A stretch of DNA of 63,843 nucleotides, the filler included, from Octopus bimaculoides (lineage: Eukaryota), in NCBI RefSeq assembly GCF_001194135.2. It is 8 parts of 7 records of this genome, joined end to end, with 100 filler letters (N's around TTAATTAATTAA, not from the genome) between each part and the next. Parts side by side here need not be neighbours in the genome. Positions count along the whole stretch, not along the records: positions 50,367 to 52,341 come from NW_026431503.1; positions 52,442 to 60,062 come from NC_068985.1; positions 60,163 to 62,465 come from NC_068985.1; positions 62,566 to 63,843 come from NW_026320209.1; 4 more parts are not named here. The stretch is one strand, 5' to 3'. Of the stretch, positions 50,580 through 63,775 are shown in pieces. Both the position numbers and the translations under genes were made by a program. Every line of letters starts with the position of its first letter. Position 1 is the first letter of the stretch. The notes beneath the pieces are model-generated. The model had not been told where the DNA came from, made no database searches, and saw only the letters and a list, made by a program, of their open reading frames with translations.

Positions 50580-51274
50580 ATTGTAAACTGCTGTAAGTGG
50601 TTGTGATGCCTATTGTATTCGCGAAGTTGATGATGGTGATGTTGATGGTGGTGATTTATTGGTAACAGGAGTTTTTTGTTTGTGCTGTTTTGCGTGTTGT
50701 TGTTTCTGTTGTTCGCGTTGTTGGTGGTGGGGATGATGATGGCGGTGTAGGTGGTGACGGTGGTAGTGTCGTGCTAGTAATAGTAACAATGGTTGCAGTG
50801 TTATTGTTGCAGTAAAGACATTTATAGAGATGACGGCATCGCTGACTATGATACTGGTGACGCTACACGATTCCTCCTCCTCCTCATCATCATAATCCTC
50901 CTCCTCCTCATCATCGTAATCCTCCTCCTCCTCATCATAATCCTCCTCCTCCTCCTCCTCCTCNNNNNNNNNNNNNNNNNNNNNNNNNNNNNNNNNNNNN
51001 NNNNNNNNNNNNNNNNNNNNNNNNNNNNNNNNNNNNNNNNNNNNNNNNNNNNNNNNNNNNNNNNNNNNNNNNNNNNNNNNNNNNNNNNNNNNNNNNNNNN
51101 NNNNNNNNNNNNNNNNNNNNNNNNNNNNNNNNNNNNNNNNNNNNNNNNNNNNNNNNNNNNNNNNNNNNNNNNNNNNNNNNNNNNTTATTATTATTATTGT
51201 TATTATTACTATTATTATTATTGTTGTTATTATCATTATTATTATTATCATTATTGTCATTATCATCATCATCA

Positions 51275-51322
<48 letters not shown>

Positions 51323-51412
51323 GTAGTAGTAGTAGTAGTAGTAAGAGGAGGAGGAGGAGGGCGCAGGTGGCGCAGCAGCAACAACAGCAACAGCAACAGC
51401 AGCAGCAGCAGC

Positions 51413-51473
<61 letters not shown>

Positions 51474-51700
51474 ATTCTGTTTGGTTGTCGTTGCTATTGT
51501 TGCGGTGGTGGAGTTTATAGCGATGATGGACTGGATGCTGATGATGATAGTGACGATGATCGCGGTGATCAATTCGTAGTGTCAGTAATTTCCTTTATGT
51601 GTATGTATGTATGTATGTATGTATGTATTGTTGTTGCTGTTGTTGTGGCAGTCGTGGCGCTGCTGTTATTGTTGTTGCTATTGTTGGTGTTTGTTTTATG
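50520..51700. repeat. Compound trinucleotide low-complexity tract
   Basis: (GTA)n, (CCT/CAT) higher-order repeat, (ATT)n, (AGG)n and (CAG)n; source of ORFs 50610-51572. Confidence 0.95.
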
Positions 51701-51832
51701 CTATGACTATTTTTAAATCTCTTTGAACGCCATCGTTTTGGAAAATTATGAAACTAATCAAGAGATAACTGTTGTTATTGTTATTGTTTTTGTTGCTGCC
51801 GTTCTAATTGTTATTGATGATGCTGTTGACTT

Positions 51833-51908
<76 letters not shown>

Positions 51909-52309
51909 TGTGTGTGTGTGTGTGTTCAGTTCAATGGATAAATAATGAAATTAGTGCTGAAGCATTTTTTAATTAATCTGGAGCGACATCTGACTGGACA
52001 ACTTTGTTTGTCATCTGTTACTTTCATGTATCTGTAAGATTAGACTGGACATCTATGTATGTATGTGTGTATGTATGTATGTATGTATGTATGTATGTAT
52101 GTATGTATGTATGTATGTATGTATGAATCTATCTATCTATCTGTGAATTTATCTAGCTATAAATCTGTCTACAAATCTATGTCAAGCTATCTATATATCT
52201 CTTTATCTATTTACCTATCTGTCTGTCTGTCTATCTGTCTGTCTGTCTATCTGTCTGTCTGTCTATCTGTCTGTCTGTCTATCTATCTGTCTGACAATCT
52301 CCCTCACTT

Positions 52310-52341
<32 letters not shown>

Positions 52342-52554
52342 NNNNNNNNNNNNNNNNNNNNNNNNNNNNNNNNNNNNNNNNNNNNTTAATTAATTAANNN
52401 NNNNNNNNNNNNNNNNNNNNNNNNNNNNNNNNNNNNNNNNNTGTGTTGTCTAACGTACTGTTAATATCATTCGATTTTTTATATTTTATAAAATTTTTAA
52501 AGTCATATTTTATGTAAACCATTCGCATTACTGATCCCAATCAGTTGTTTTGTA

Positions 52555-52950
52555 CCATTCTATGTTTGGCCCCCTGTGGGCAATAAAGAAATTGGTATTT
52601 CGTCTGCCGTTACGTTCTGAGTTCAAATTCCGCTGAGGTCGCCTTTGCTTTTCATTCTTTCGGGGTCGATTAAATAAGTACCAGTTACGCACTGGTTCAA
52701 TATAATCGACTTAATCCGTTTGTTTGTCCCCTCTGTGTGTAGCCCCTTGTGGGCAGGAAAGAAATAAGAAACTTTAGCACTCCGAGCAAAATTCTTAGCG
52801 ATATTTCGTTTGTCTTTACGTTCTGAGTTCAAATTCCACCGAGGTCGAGTTTGCCTTTCATCCTTTCGTGCTCGATAATTTAAGTACCAGTTGTGTGCTG
52901 ACGTCGATCTAATCGACTGGCCGTCTGCGTAGAGTAGAAAAGATTATTCT
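52555..52950 (+). mobile_element. Tandem SINE family C copies, CpG-intact
   Basis: Two cores, plus the tail 'ccccttgtgggca..aaagaaat' twice. Confidence 0.9.
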
Positions 52951-54414
52951 GAAACGCTTCTGAAAGAATCACAACAAATGTGTGAAACTGAATAGTAAAC
53001 GCAATATCGTCAAGTTTCAAAGAATTCCATTTTCATAAAATTCATAAATGGAATTATTTATATATCAGTTTGTTTCGTAACGACTTTTGAACAAATTCAG
53101 GAAATATTGTTCCCATGTCTGGGTAAACATACTAATTTCTATTTGATTAACATTTACAACGGTTCGTTAATATTAAAAAGATATTTCGCTTTTGCATTGT
53201 AGTCGACAAAACTGACAATATCGAATTAAAATTAATATATGACACTTGCGATGTTTGAATGTAATGTTTCCACTTCCGATATAGCATGAGCTAAGAACGC
53301 GATATTATATTCTTGTTAAATTTGTAACACGGTTTACAATAAACATAAGAATTAAAAACTCTCTGAGTTCCTGCATTGAGCAATAATTTTATATATGAAA
53401 GTTAGCAATAATAACATTTGGAATCAGCAAGTCATCAATTTATGTATTTGATATTTAATTTATTGCAGATTTACAGTAATATTTGAACATTTTGAAGAAT
53501 GAAATATCTAACGCTCAAATTCTATATTGTCAACTCTTGTATACATAACGTATTTCAAGCCTCCATATGTATAATGCATCTTTGATTATAATCAAATATT
53601 TATTAATATACCATGTAAATGTGTTGCATAAAGTTAATCCTAAAAATATTTTTGGATTAAATTGATTAAATGCTGGTTTTAAATAAGCAAAGCAACTGAA
53701 ATGCATTAAATAACTTTGAGCAAAATTCATTGGGAATAAATTTACAATGTACGAATTTTGCTGTTATATTAGCGCCGAGGCGAGTGTAATTTAATTATAT
53801 TATATCGTTCTGTTTTGAATGATCTCTTTTACTCCAATTAACTACATGAAGTCCAGGGTATGCATACATCATAATATCTACCTGAAAGTCAACACTAGTC
53901 CTTAAGATGCATCAGCTTGTAATCACTACATACAAGTACACCACTAGGAAGCAGGATAAAGCATCTCTCCTCTAGGTCGTGCAAATCAGTAACAGCCAAA
54001 AAATTCTAAGGATTATCCACTTTATACTAAATACGTAATCTCTGGAAGATATTTGAAGACAAATCACAGTACAGTAAAACCCCACTTAGTTATTCAATTT
54101 CTAATAGTAGTAGTGAAGTAGTTACAACAGACAACTTTTCAACATAGCAGCAGTGGCTTCGGTCGACAGTGTGCATTTCACAATGCCACACAGACACACA
54201 CATACTCACAAAACTACCCTATCAAAACCTATATTCTGCCACTCAATATCTGGGCTGTCACATTGCACATCAGCAGATGTAGCCGTACTAAGTATGACGT
54301 ATACATACATAGAAGAGAAAGAAACTTAGAAAAATGTTAAATAACAGAATCTGCTAAAATATAGGTATTGTAACCAGGGTACCAAATGCGTACATTGAAG
54401 ACCAATAACAATAT

Positions 54415-54638
54415 ATATCCCTTTAGTGCTCACAAGGGACTAAACATAGAGGGGACAAACAACGGATTAAATCGGTTACATCGATCCCAGTGCGTAACTG
54501 GTACTTATTTTATCGACCCCGAAAGTATGAAAGGCAAAGTTGACCTCGGTGGAATTTGAACTCAGAACGTAACGGCAGACGGAATAGCGCCAAGCATTTC
54601 GCTCGGCGTGCTAATGTTTCTGCCAGCTCGCCGCCTTA
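54415..54638 (-). mobile_element. Full-length young SINE family C
   Basis: Minus 'aaggcggcgagctggcagaaac...gagttcaaattccaccgaggtc...ggggtcgataaaataagtaccag...cccttgtgagcactaaag'. Confidence 0.9.
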
Positions 54639-55230
54639 TAACAGTATAACTACGTTGAGGATACTAGCAGTCGCAAAACTCTAACACGGCAATATGTCAT
54701 CATATCTGGGAACCGAAAAAAAATTCTACACCCTTCGAATTAGAATAGAGATCCCATCCAGGCAATTTACAATGCATTAATAATCTGAAAACGTCAGCGG
54801 ACTGGATTATATCTTTTACATCATTCCTGTTCTGAACGGTAATACAAAATCCGTGTGACATAGAAGATATATATAATACACAAAAATATCTTAAACTGCG
54901 TATGTATGTATATATGCATTTATATATGTATATATGTATCCATATCGACGTGCGTATGCAGATACATCTCGAAGGATTAAGTTACAAAAGTATTTCAGAG
55001 AAAGTAGTAAATATGTTCAAATGAAAGAGTACATACATACACTTTACCATTGTAGGACAATGAATATTTTATCATATATTGATAATTACTTTTGTCATCT
55101 ATATCGAATACTATATTTAAAATTCATCCCGAAGAAAACAGTAAAGCACATGATACAATCCTATAGATATCTATGTATAAAATAATGACAATGTTCTGTA
55201 TAATTTAACATATAAACGATCTTCTAAATC

Positions 55231-55267
<37 letters not shown>

Positions 55268-55296
55268 CATATACATATATGTATATATATTCATAC

Positions 55297-55339
<43 letters not shown>

Positions 55340-56127
55340 NNNNNNNNNNNNNNNNNNNNNNNNNNNNNNNNNNNNNNNNNNNNNNNNNNNNNNNNNNNNN
55401 NNNNNNNNNNNNNNNNNNNNNNNNNNNNNNNNNNNNNNNNNNNNNNNNNNNNNNNNNNNNNNNNNNNNNNNNNNNNNNNNNNNNNNNNNNNNNNNNNNNN
55501 NNNNNNNNNNNNNNNNNNNNNNNNNNNNNNNNNNNNNNNNNNNNNNNNNNNNNNNNNNNNNNNNNNNNNNNNNNNNNNNNNNNNNNNNNNNNNNNNNNNN
55601 NNNNNNNNNNNNNNNNNNNNNNNNNNNNNNNNNNNNNNNNNNNNNNNNNNNNNNNNNNNNNNNNNNNNNNNNNNNNNNNNNNNNNNNNNNNNNNNNNNNN
55701 NNNNNNNNNNNNNNNNNNNNNNNNNNNNNNNNNNNNNNNNNNNNNNNNNNNNNNNNNNNNNNNNNNNNNNNNNNNNNNNNNNNNNNNNNNNNNNNNNNNN
55801 NNNNNNNNNNNNNNNNNNNNNNNNNNNNNNNNNNNNNNNNNNNNNNNNNNNNNNNNNNNNNNNNNNNNNNNNNNNNNNNNNNNNNNNNNNNNNNNNNNNN
55901 NNNNNNNNNNNNNNNNNNNNNNNNNNNNNNNNNNNNNNNNNNNNNNNNNNNNNNNNNNNNNNNNNNNNNNNNNNNNNNNNNNNNNNNNNNNNNNNNNNNN
56001 NNNNNNNNNNNNNNNNNNNNNNNNNNNNNNNNNNNNNNNNNNNNNNNNNNNNNNNNNNNNNNNNNNNNNNNNNNNNNNNNNNNNNNNNNNNNNNNNNNNN
56101 NNNNNNNNNNNNNNNNNNNNNNNNNNC

Positions 56128-56640
56128 TTGTGGCAGCCCGAGCATCTTATTACATAAATAAGATTTTCTGAGGCACAAGTAAACGTAGATTTAACTTTGA
56201 ATTTGTGTCCCTCTTTGAAGAGGAATTCTGAACCTTCTAGAATGTTTGGGCATGGTGCACATTTTGGTCGATCACATTTTTTTACTTTCCCATCTGTTGT
56301 TTCGTAAAATAATTTGGCCTTTGTGAGGATCTTTTTCAGTGAATTTGGTTGTTTGTGGCTTTTGATGATTTTGTGTGTGTGTAAAATTTCCTTTAATTTG
56401 GGGTCCTTATGTAGCATTGGTATGTTTTGGGTGATGATGGTGAAGGCTTCTTTGTTTCTGGGGTTGTATGTGGATATGTACGGCAGTATTTTCGGGGAAT
56501 GTGTGTTGCTGTGATGCACGTTTGATTCCATCCTCTATGAGTTGAACTGCTGACATAATTTAAATATATACTTTAACCATGTAACACAAGCCTTCTGTAG
56601 TTTTTTCACTCTTAATATCCTTTATACATCCAACCACGTG
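56128..56640 (-). mobile_element. Penelope-like element: RT-thumb linker and GIY-YIG endonuclease N-terminus, cut by gap
   Basis: LPYISTYNPR..KQPNSLKKILTKAK..KCDRPKCAPCPNI..FTCASENLIYVIRCSGCHK is the PLE CCHH linker leading into the GIY motif; upstream QLIEDGIKRA in another frame. Confidence 0.92.
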
Positions 56641-57657
56641 CTTTCACATACCAATTTTCTCACTCATATATATATATATACACATACATACATACATACA
56701 TACATATACATATATATATATAACTTAGAAACGTAAAAATAAAAACAAAACACAAAGGATTCCGCGGTACACGTGTGTCAAGCTTTATACTTGTTGCATC
56801 ATTATTGGTATATATATATATATATATATATATNNNNNNNNNNTTTAGCCATTGACAAAAACGAAACCCACATACCGATATATCTTCAATTCGGTTATTT
56901 CCTGCGAAATATTATATTGAATAAGGTGCCAACGCGTCTAGTTGTACACCTGCACATTGATAAAATTACAAGCGTCTAACACGTTTTCATTACATATGAA
57001 TAATGTTAGCAGTAAAATAAAATATAAAGAAATTTTACAAAACATTTACATGACATGACACTTGCGTCTCTGACTTCATTAAATGGTGACACCAACTAGA
57101 AAGATGTTACATTATATTTGATAAAACAAGGTGATGTAATGATGTATATTTAATTATAAGTGTTAATGGACTTCTGAATAAATAATATAGGTGTCAAGAA
57201 AACGCAATTAATGTCAAAGTACATTTAATGCATACAAAATACAAATTGCACTAAAACAAAAATTGAATGCAATCTAATGATACTAAAATGCTTGTCTCTA
57301 ATTGAACAAACTGATTGAAATTGTAAGTCTCAAACCTCATAAATAATCATAAACTAGAGGAAACAACAGCACATATTAATGGTAGAATGCTAATGAAGAT
57401 GCTTTTGTCCTGAATGCAACGTCCTTCAGAGTTATAATAAACTGGCCTCTAGCCAATGTCTGTTATAATGTAAAGCAATGTACAACGTGGCTTAGATTTT
57501 TCAATTAACGGTGTTTATAAAAGTGAGACATATTTCAGTAGAGGCATCGACCTGAGTGGGTTCAAAGAAATAAATTAATGGAAAAGGAGTCGAGAATGTG
57601 AGACCACAAGGGTAGAATAAAATATAAAATATAAAGATGCAAATACAATGTAAAATG

Positions 57658-57664
<7 letters not shown>

Positions 57665-57707
<43 letters not shown>

Positions 57708-57995
57708 GTTGATTTTATTCTTCGTTCTTCAAATTTTCTTCCATTTGTCGCCGAGTGTTTTCCGAACCCCCTAGGGCAGAGAAACTCATTGTATGCAAAC
57801 CCAGTTTACACATGTAAATTCACAGGTAAAATATGTAGTTATATTTAAAAAAATAATAAATGAATAAATATTCATGAATGGATGTTGTTTTCACAGCGAT
57901 AATGCTCTTCTCAGTACATGAGTCGTTCCAGTTAACATGATTTTTTTACATTTCCTGTAGGGAAAGTAAGCCTGGTATCATTTTCAAATAGGTTT
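57665..57995 (-). mobile_element. R4/Dong-like 3' end embedded in (TAA)n
   Basis: Minus TETYLKMIPGLLSLQEM*KIMLTGTTHVLRRALSL* plus 3'UTR, with (ATT)n arrays on both sides. Confidence 0.8.
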
Positions 57996-58003
57996 CAGTA
58001 TTA

Positions 58004-58096
<93 letters not shown>

Positions 58097-58824
58097 ATTA
58101 AAAAATATATTTTCCTTATTAATACCAATTCAAAGATTATATACATCCTAACGTCAAGAAAGTTGAACAGCGGTTTCACAAATATATAAGGTAACGCGAA
58201 GTTATGCAAAGTTTTATTTTGGACATAGGTGTGTGAGTCTGTGTATGGATATGTACTTATAGACAAGATATAATATGATGAAAGAAGTCGGCTACACAGG
58301 AAATGATATCTATATCAATGTGTATACGTACGTACCTTTATTTTCAGCTTATGTGTGTACATGAAAGTATTATGTGTATGCACATACAAACACTAGCGCA
58401 AGGAAACTCAAACACAATGATTTGACTATTTACTGCGAACGCTGATATATGAATCAATCATTTGAAGATTGCTGAATTCGAAGTAGTCTTACGTATGAAA
58501 ACACCGAGGGCGTGGGAGAAATCCATTAACAAACACAGAAACCAGAGCGGTTCAGTAAGAGATTGGAACACTTGGATATTAACACCATCAAATTTCACGT
58601 GAAGTTTTAGCGCTACAAAACAACAGATTATACGTATTAATACGGATTTAGAATTAACAGCATTATGTTTTTCGTAAAGATGTTATTTTTTTTTAAATAC
58701 CTCTAATTCATAGGTTCAATATCATCCTGGAGTTTCAGAATAGTTTTCCAGATGTACGACAGGTGTACTTACACTCTTGAAAATATTCTCAGGAGCTGAT
58801 AGTTTTTGTGTACTGACAATTGAG

Positions 58825-58893
<69 letters not shown>

Positions 58894-59100
58894 CGCCCGT
58901 CCGTCCGTCCGTCCGTCCGTCCGTCCGTCCACCTGCCTGACTGCCTGCCTGTCTGTCTGTCTGCCTGCCTGCCTGTCTGTCTATCTATCTATCTATCTAT
59001 CTATCTGTCCGTCCGTCCCTCCGTCCGTCTGTTTGTCTGTCTGTCTGTATGTCTGCCTGTCTGTCTGTCTGTCTGTCTATCTATATATCCATCTATCGAT
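58825..59100. repeat. Compound tetranucleotide microsatellite (ATCT/GTCC/CTGC/GTCT)
   Basis: Directly visible. Confidence 0.95.
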
Positions 59101-59909
59101 CAATCTATTTAGTTATTTCCATGTTCATTTTGCGAGGAGTGGAAGGATAGATGTCAAACGTTTCTCAGTTTATTAAAGAAAATTTACTAAGTACATTTAT
59201 AGCAGTTTCGGAGACATTAATGATGATGTGTCTATAATTGATCGTAATTATGCCGACAGAGCCTTCTCTCGAACTGCCGAGATATATAAAACCACTCCTT
59301 ACATTTACATTCTATATAGTTATAGTCAGACATGAGATAGTTTTATACGATATGTTTCTCAACATTTGATGTAACTTTTTCATTTTTTTTTTAGTCATTT
59401 GGCATCCATTGAAATAAATACCATAAATATATTATGCCGACTGCAGGAGAGTATTGTTCGCCTTTTGGTAATAAAATGCTGCTAGTTGCATTCTTTTATG
59501 TGCAGAGTTCCAATATCTCATAACTTAATTTTACTTTGCAACATTAATGTGAACAGAACCAGTCAATTAAGGAATAATTATTGAAGGTTAATGAATATGC
59601 AAATCCAAGCGATCGATTATCCTCATCCCCTATGCTAAGAGTCCAATCGGTGAGTTCAATAATAGAATAAAATAATTAAAGGAAAAGAGTGAAAAATTCA
59701 GTACGGTTGCAAAGAGTCTGACAAGTTTGATGTAATTTTGAGAAAGTAATATTCAGTTGTGCAAAGCAAATAGAATATGAATCGGTGGACATTAGCCGAG
59801 TAGAGACATTTCTTGACTTAGATACTTTGCATAAATCACAGAACGACTAAGAGGCTCGATACTTCATATATTGAATCTCTCTCTCTCTGTCTCTCTCTCT
59901 GTCTCTCTC

Positions 59910-59954
<45 letters not shown>

Positions 59955-60242
59955 ATATATATAGTAACATCCACCCCTAGGGGTCAGCCACACTTAAGTG
60001 GCAATATACTACACTTTATCGTGCAGTTACTGTTAATACTTCATTTAGAGAATTAACATTGCNNNNNNNNNNNNNNNNNNNNNNNNNNNNNNNNNNNNNN
60101 NNNNNNTTAATTAATTAANNNNNNNNNNNNNNNNNNNNNNNNNNNNNNNNNNNNNNNNNNNNACCATCGTATCTCAGTGAATTTTCTTGTAAAGTAGTTA
60201 TGCACGCAAGAAAATCCCTTTTGTATTTTGGTAATTCAACCT

Positions 60243-60281
<39 letters not shown>

Positions 60282-60320
60282 AAGAAGAAGAAGAAGAAGA
60301 AGAAGAAGAAGAAGAAGAAG

Positions 60321-60352
<32 letters not shown>

Positions 60353-60359
60353 GTAGTAA

Positions 60360-60505
60360 TGCTTTCAAATTTTGGCACATGACCTGCATTTTCAGTGTGT
60401 GTGGTGGGGAATAAGTCGATTACATCAACCCTCCAATAGTAAACTGGTACTTACTTTATCGACCCCGGAAGAATGAAAACGGTGAAAGGCAAAGTCGACC
60501 TCAAT
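60360..60505 (-). mobile_element. SINE family C, partial
   Basis: Reverse core 'ctggtacttactttatcgaccccgg...aaaggcaaagtcgacctc'. Confidence 0.85.
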
Positions 60506-60509
60506 ACGG

Positions 60510-60790
60510 TGTAGATATATACCAGGACAGGATGAGGGAGATAAGCAGAATGTGCAGTTGCAGAAAGCGTGAGGTCGTATAGATTGTCATTGGAGCTTTA
60601 GAAACGACAGAGAAGTAACTCAAGGAGTGGAAGAAAAAATTGGCTAGAAGAAGCACGTAGAATATATGCAACTGACCTGCTTGTTAAGAACAGCGAAGAT
60701 AATTCGAAGGTTCTTGAATGGTTGAGAATGCAGGCTGTGACTTGTTATTCAAGAGAAAACTCACCTAAAGTCCATCATAGGTACAAAAAA
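60510..60790 (+). mobile_element. R4/Dong-like RLE C-terminus and 3'UTR
   Basis: VDIYQDRMREISRMCSCRKREVV*IVIGALETT..LKEWKKK...CLLRTAKIIRRFL. Confidence 0.75.
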
Positions 60791-60824
60791 TATTTTGAAA
60801 TAAAATGAGTAAATAAATAAATAA

Positions 60825-60873
<49 letters not shown>

Positions 60874-60879
60874 GTAATA

Positions 60880-61335
60880 AATACCTTGACATACTGGAGT
60901 TGAACGAGATAATGGAGAAGGAAATGAAAAAGCAACTGAAGAATATTTCCAAAGACTAAGATTGAAGTTGCGCTCAGAATTGACTGGATGGAATGAAATC
61001 AAAGCAGTTAATACATGAGCGAAAGCATCATTTCGGTATGGAGCTGGAACCATAAAATGGTAAAGGAAAGAACTGATGAACATGGATACGAAGACAAAAA
61101 AATGCTGACAGTGCACAGAGCCTTCCGCTCTAAGAGTGGCACTGACAGGCTGTACTTGTCTGGAAGAAAGGATGGGAGAAGTTTGATCAGTTGCCAGGAT
61201 TGTATCGAAGCAGAGGAAAACAGCTTAGGGTTGTATGTAAAAAATGCCGTGGAACCATTGTTGAAACATGTGAAGAAGGCCGGGGTCATTAAAACTGATA
61301 ATTGTGTTAAGAAAGAAAAACTCAAAAAGGAAAAG

Positions 61336-61340
<5 letters not shown>
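60880..61340 (+). mobile_element. R4/Dong-like RT thumb fragment
   Basis: KYL.ILELNEIMEKEM..EEYFQRLRLKLRSEL..NEIKAVNT..RYGAGTIKW..MLTVHRAFRSKSGTDRLYLSGRKDGRSLISCQDCIEAEENSLG. Confidence 0.88.
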
Positions 61341-61381
<41 letters not shown>

Positions 61382-61509
61382 GAAACAACATGGAACGAGA
61401 AACAAAAGAGAACACAATGCTGCACACAACCCAGCAACACGGTGTAGCAGGTGATGCAGTAGAAATTTGCTTCAATTTAGCTAATAATAATAATGATAAT
61501 ATTAATAAT

Positions 61510-61970
61510 AAGATGGGCTACAGCAAATATTCTGCTTAATACCACAGATTTGCTTGTCATTTATTTGACCTTAACCAGTTGAGCATGTCCTTTGGTGGCT
61601 GACGATATGTGCATCTCTGATCATGAGCAGTAGTGGGGGAGCATCATAACCATGTGTTGAGAGGAATTCTGTGGGGTTTGAATAATTCACCTTTGGAAAC
61701 ATGGGTGTTTTGCTCAACATCCTTAAACAAACCTTATTCAGGGACGTTTTGAGCGGGATGGGCTACTCGACCTGAAGAAAATTCTAACTGGGCCCCACCT
61801 GCGAGGTCATGCGCTGTTTATTTTGACATGAGATCACTATGTCGCACACATATGATTGTGATGCATGTGCCTGGTGTACCCTTATCAGACGGGTAGTCAT
61901 GATGGGTATACTGGGCTTCGTATATCTTAACCCAGTGTCACTTTGATGGCATGCACTGCTCTCTCACTCG
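61510..61970 (-). repeat. Dispersed repeat family G, ~460 bp, unclassified
   Basis: Homologous to 5659-5925; no ORF, TIR or pol III boxes recognised. Confidence 0.8.
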
Positions 61971-62414
61971 GTGGTTTCAAATTTTAGCACAAGCCCAGCA
62001 AGTTCGGGGAGAGGCTAAATCGATTTCATCGACCTGAGTGCTTAACTAATATGATACACACACATTCTTGGTCCACGCTGACATAAATCTATATGTCCAC
62101 TTCCTAAAAATGAAATGATGACACATATGGCATTCTGTTCACGTGTTTGCAATAGTTCGTAAAGGATAATGGAAATATTGTTGCAGCTAATGGAGTTGAG
62201 AATGGGAGCAACACGTTATTATTATTTTATTCTGATGATGGACCCGGCAATGCTGGGAAACGTTTGTGGGTAGTAATAGATTGGGAACGCTATTTTCCAA
62301 ACTAAACGTAAAAGACTAATAAGATAATACGAAAAGTTCTTAAAAATAAGAAAAAAAATTGAAGTTCGAACATAACCGTGTTTGAAAAGAAAGCTGTTCT
62401 CACTGTACACGCTC

Positions 62415-62465
<51 letters not shown>

Positions 62466-62702
62466 NNNNNNNNNNNNNNNNNNNNNNNNNNNNNNNNNNN
62501 NNNNNNNNNTTAATTAATTAANNNNNNNNNNNNNNNNNNNNNNNNNNNNNNNNNNNNNNNNNNNNGACATCTAACTTCAAATCTCAGAGTTTGAATGCTT
62601 CATTAAAAAATTTTAATGCGCCATGTGCTCTGTTTTTGGCGCAAAACAAAACCAGTTGCACAGTCAGAGTCTAACATGACAGTCACGGATTTAAACTGGT
62701 AG

Positions 62703-62758
62703 TCCACACTGACGAGGCTCAGGGTTAAATACGCAAAAGCCAAAACCTGGTTTGTGGA
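62703..62758 (+). ncRNA. Minimal type I hammerhead ribozyme motif (G12A variant)
   Basis: Stem I UCCACA/UGUGGA; core CUGACGA (62709-62715); stem II GGCU/AGCC; AAAA in place of GAAA (62742); stem III AC-CUG-GU; GUU triplet ending at 62752. Confidence 0.75.
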
Positions 62759-63446
62759 TATCTCTAATTGCATAATATTTTATTTTGGGCTGTTAAATAT
62801 TTTAATTCTTTCTGTTTCCCTCGCATACTGTTTTTCTCTGTTATATTGGTGCGCTACGGTGGATTAATTTAAGACTTAGCTCTTATATCTAGCAGGTATA
62901 TGCTTATTAAGCATCATTACGCTTCATGCTAATTTATAATTCATAGCTGCTTAAAGCTATTATAACAGCGTTCCACCTATGCACTACTGGTGATATCATC
63001 AAATTTACATTTTATCCACAGATGATATGAACAGTAGTGACATCCATCTTCAAATATCAGTGTTTGAATGTTTCATTTATAAATTTATCTATACTGTATA
63101 TAAAACAGAGATGTGTGTGTATTCGCTTTTTACGTGAAATCGACTTCACCAAATGCTTCCATACTTGTAATGCATGACCTCGGATAAATCTTAGGCTCTT
63201 CATTTGATTTTTTAAATTAAAAATAAATAATATTGCTTTATATTTAAGATTCACTTCTTTAAAAAGGTTCCCCAATGTCAACTTCCGGTATTGACGTAAC
63301 AACCGCAAAAAGCTTCACTCCAGTTTGTGTGTGAGTGTGTGTGTTCGTGTGTATGAGAGAGAGAGAGAGAGAGTAAATACTACATACACACCGCTCTCTC
63401 ACTCTGTCTCACACACGTACACACGCACACACACACCCGTTGACTC

Positions 63447-63775
63447 GCTCACACTCTGTCTCTTACAAACACACATACATAAATGTATACAAACATATTT
63501 ACAAAGACACACGTGTGTATGCGTGCGCGCGTGCGTGCGTGCGTGGGANNNNNNNNNNNNNNNNNNNNNNNNNNNNNNNNNNNNNNNNNNNNNNNNNNNN
63601 NNNNNNNNNNNNNNNNNNNNNNNNNNNNNNNNNNNNNNNNNNNNNNNNNNNNNNNNNNNNNNNNNNNNNNNNNGCTCACACTCTGTCTCTTACAAACACA
63701 CATACATAAATGTATACAAACATATTTACAAAGACACACGTGTGTATGCGTGCGCGCGTGCGTGCGTGCGTGGGA
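63447..63775. repeat. Identical ~100-bp sequence on both sides of an N gap
   Basis: 63447-63548 equals 63676-63775; either an unmerged contig overlap or a collapsed tandem repeat. Confidence 0.8.

Noticed and set aside
50870-50963. EEEEDYD-like acidic peptide repeat on the minus strand
   Set aside because: Higher-order trinucleotide repeat within a low-complexity tract; no splice context.
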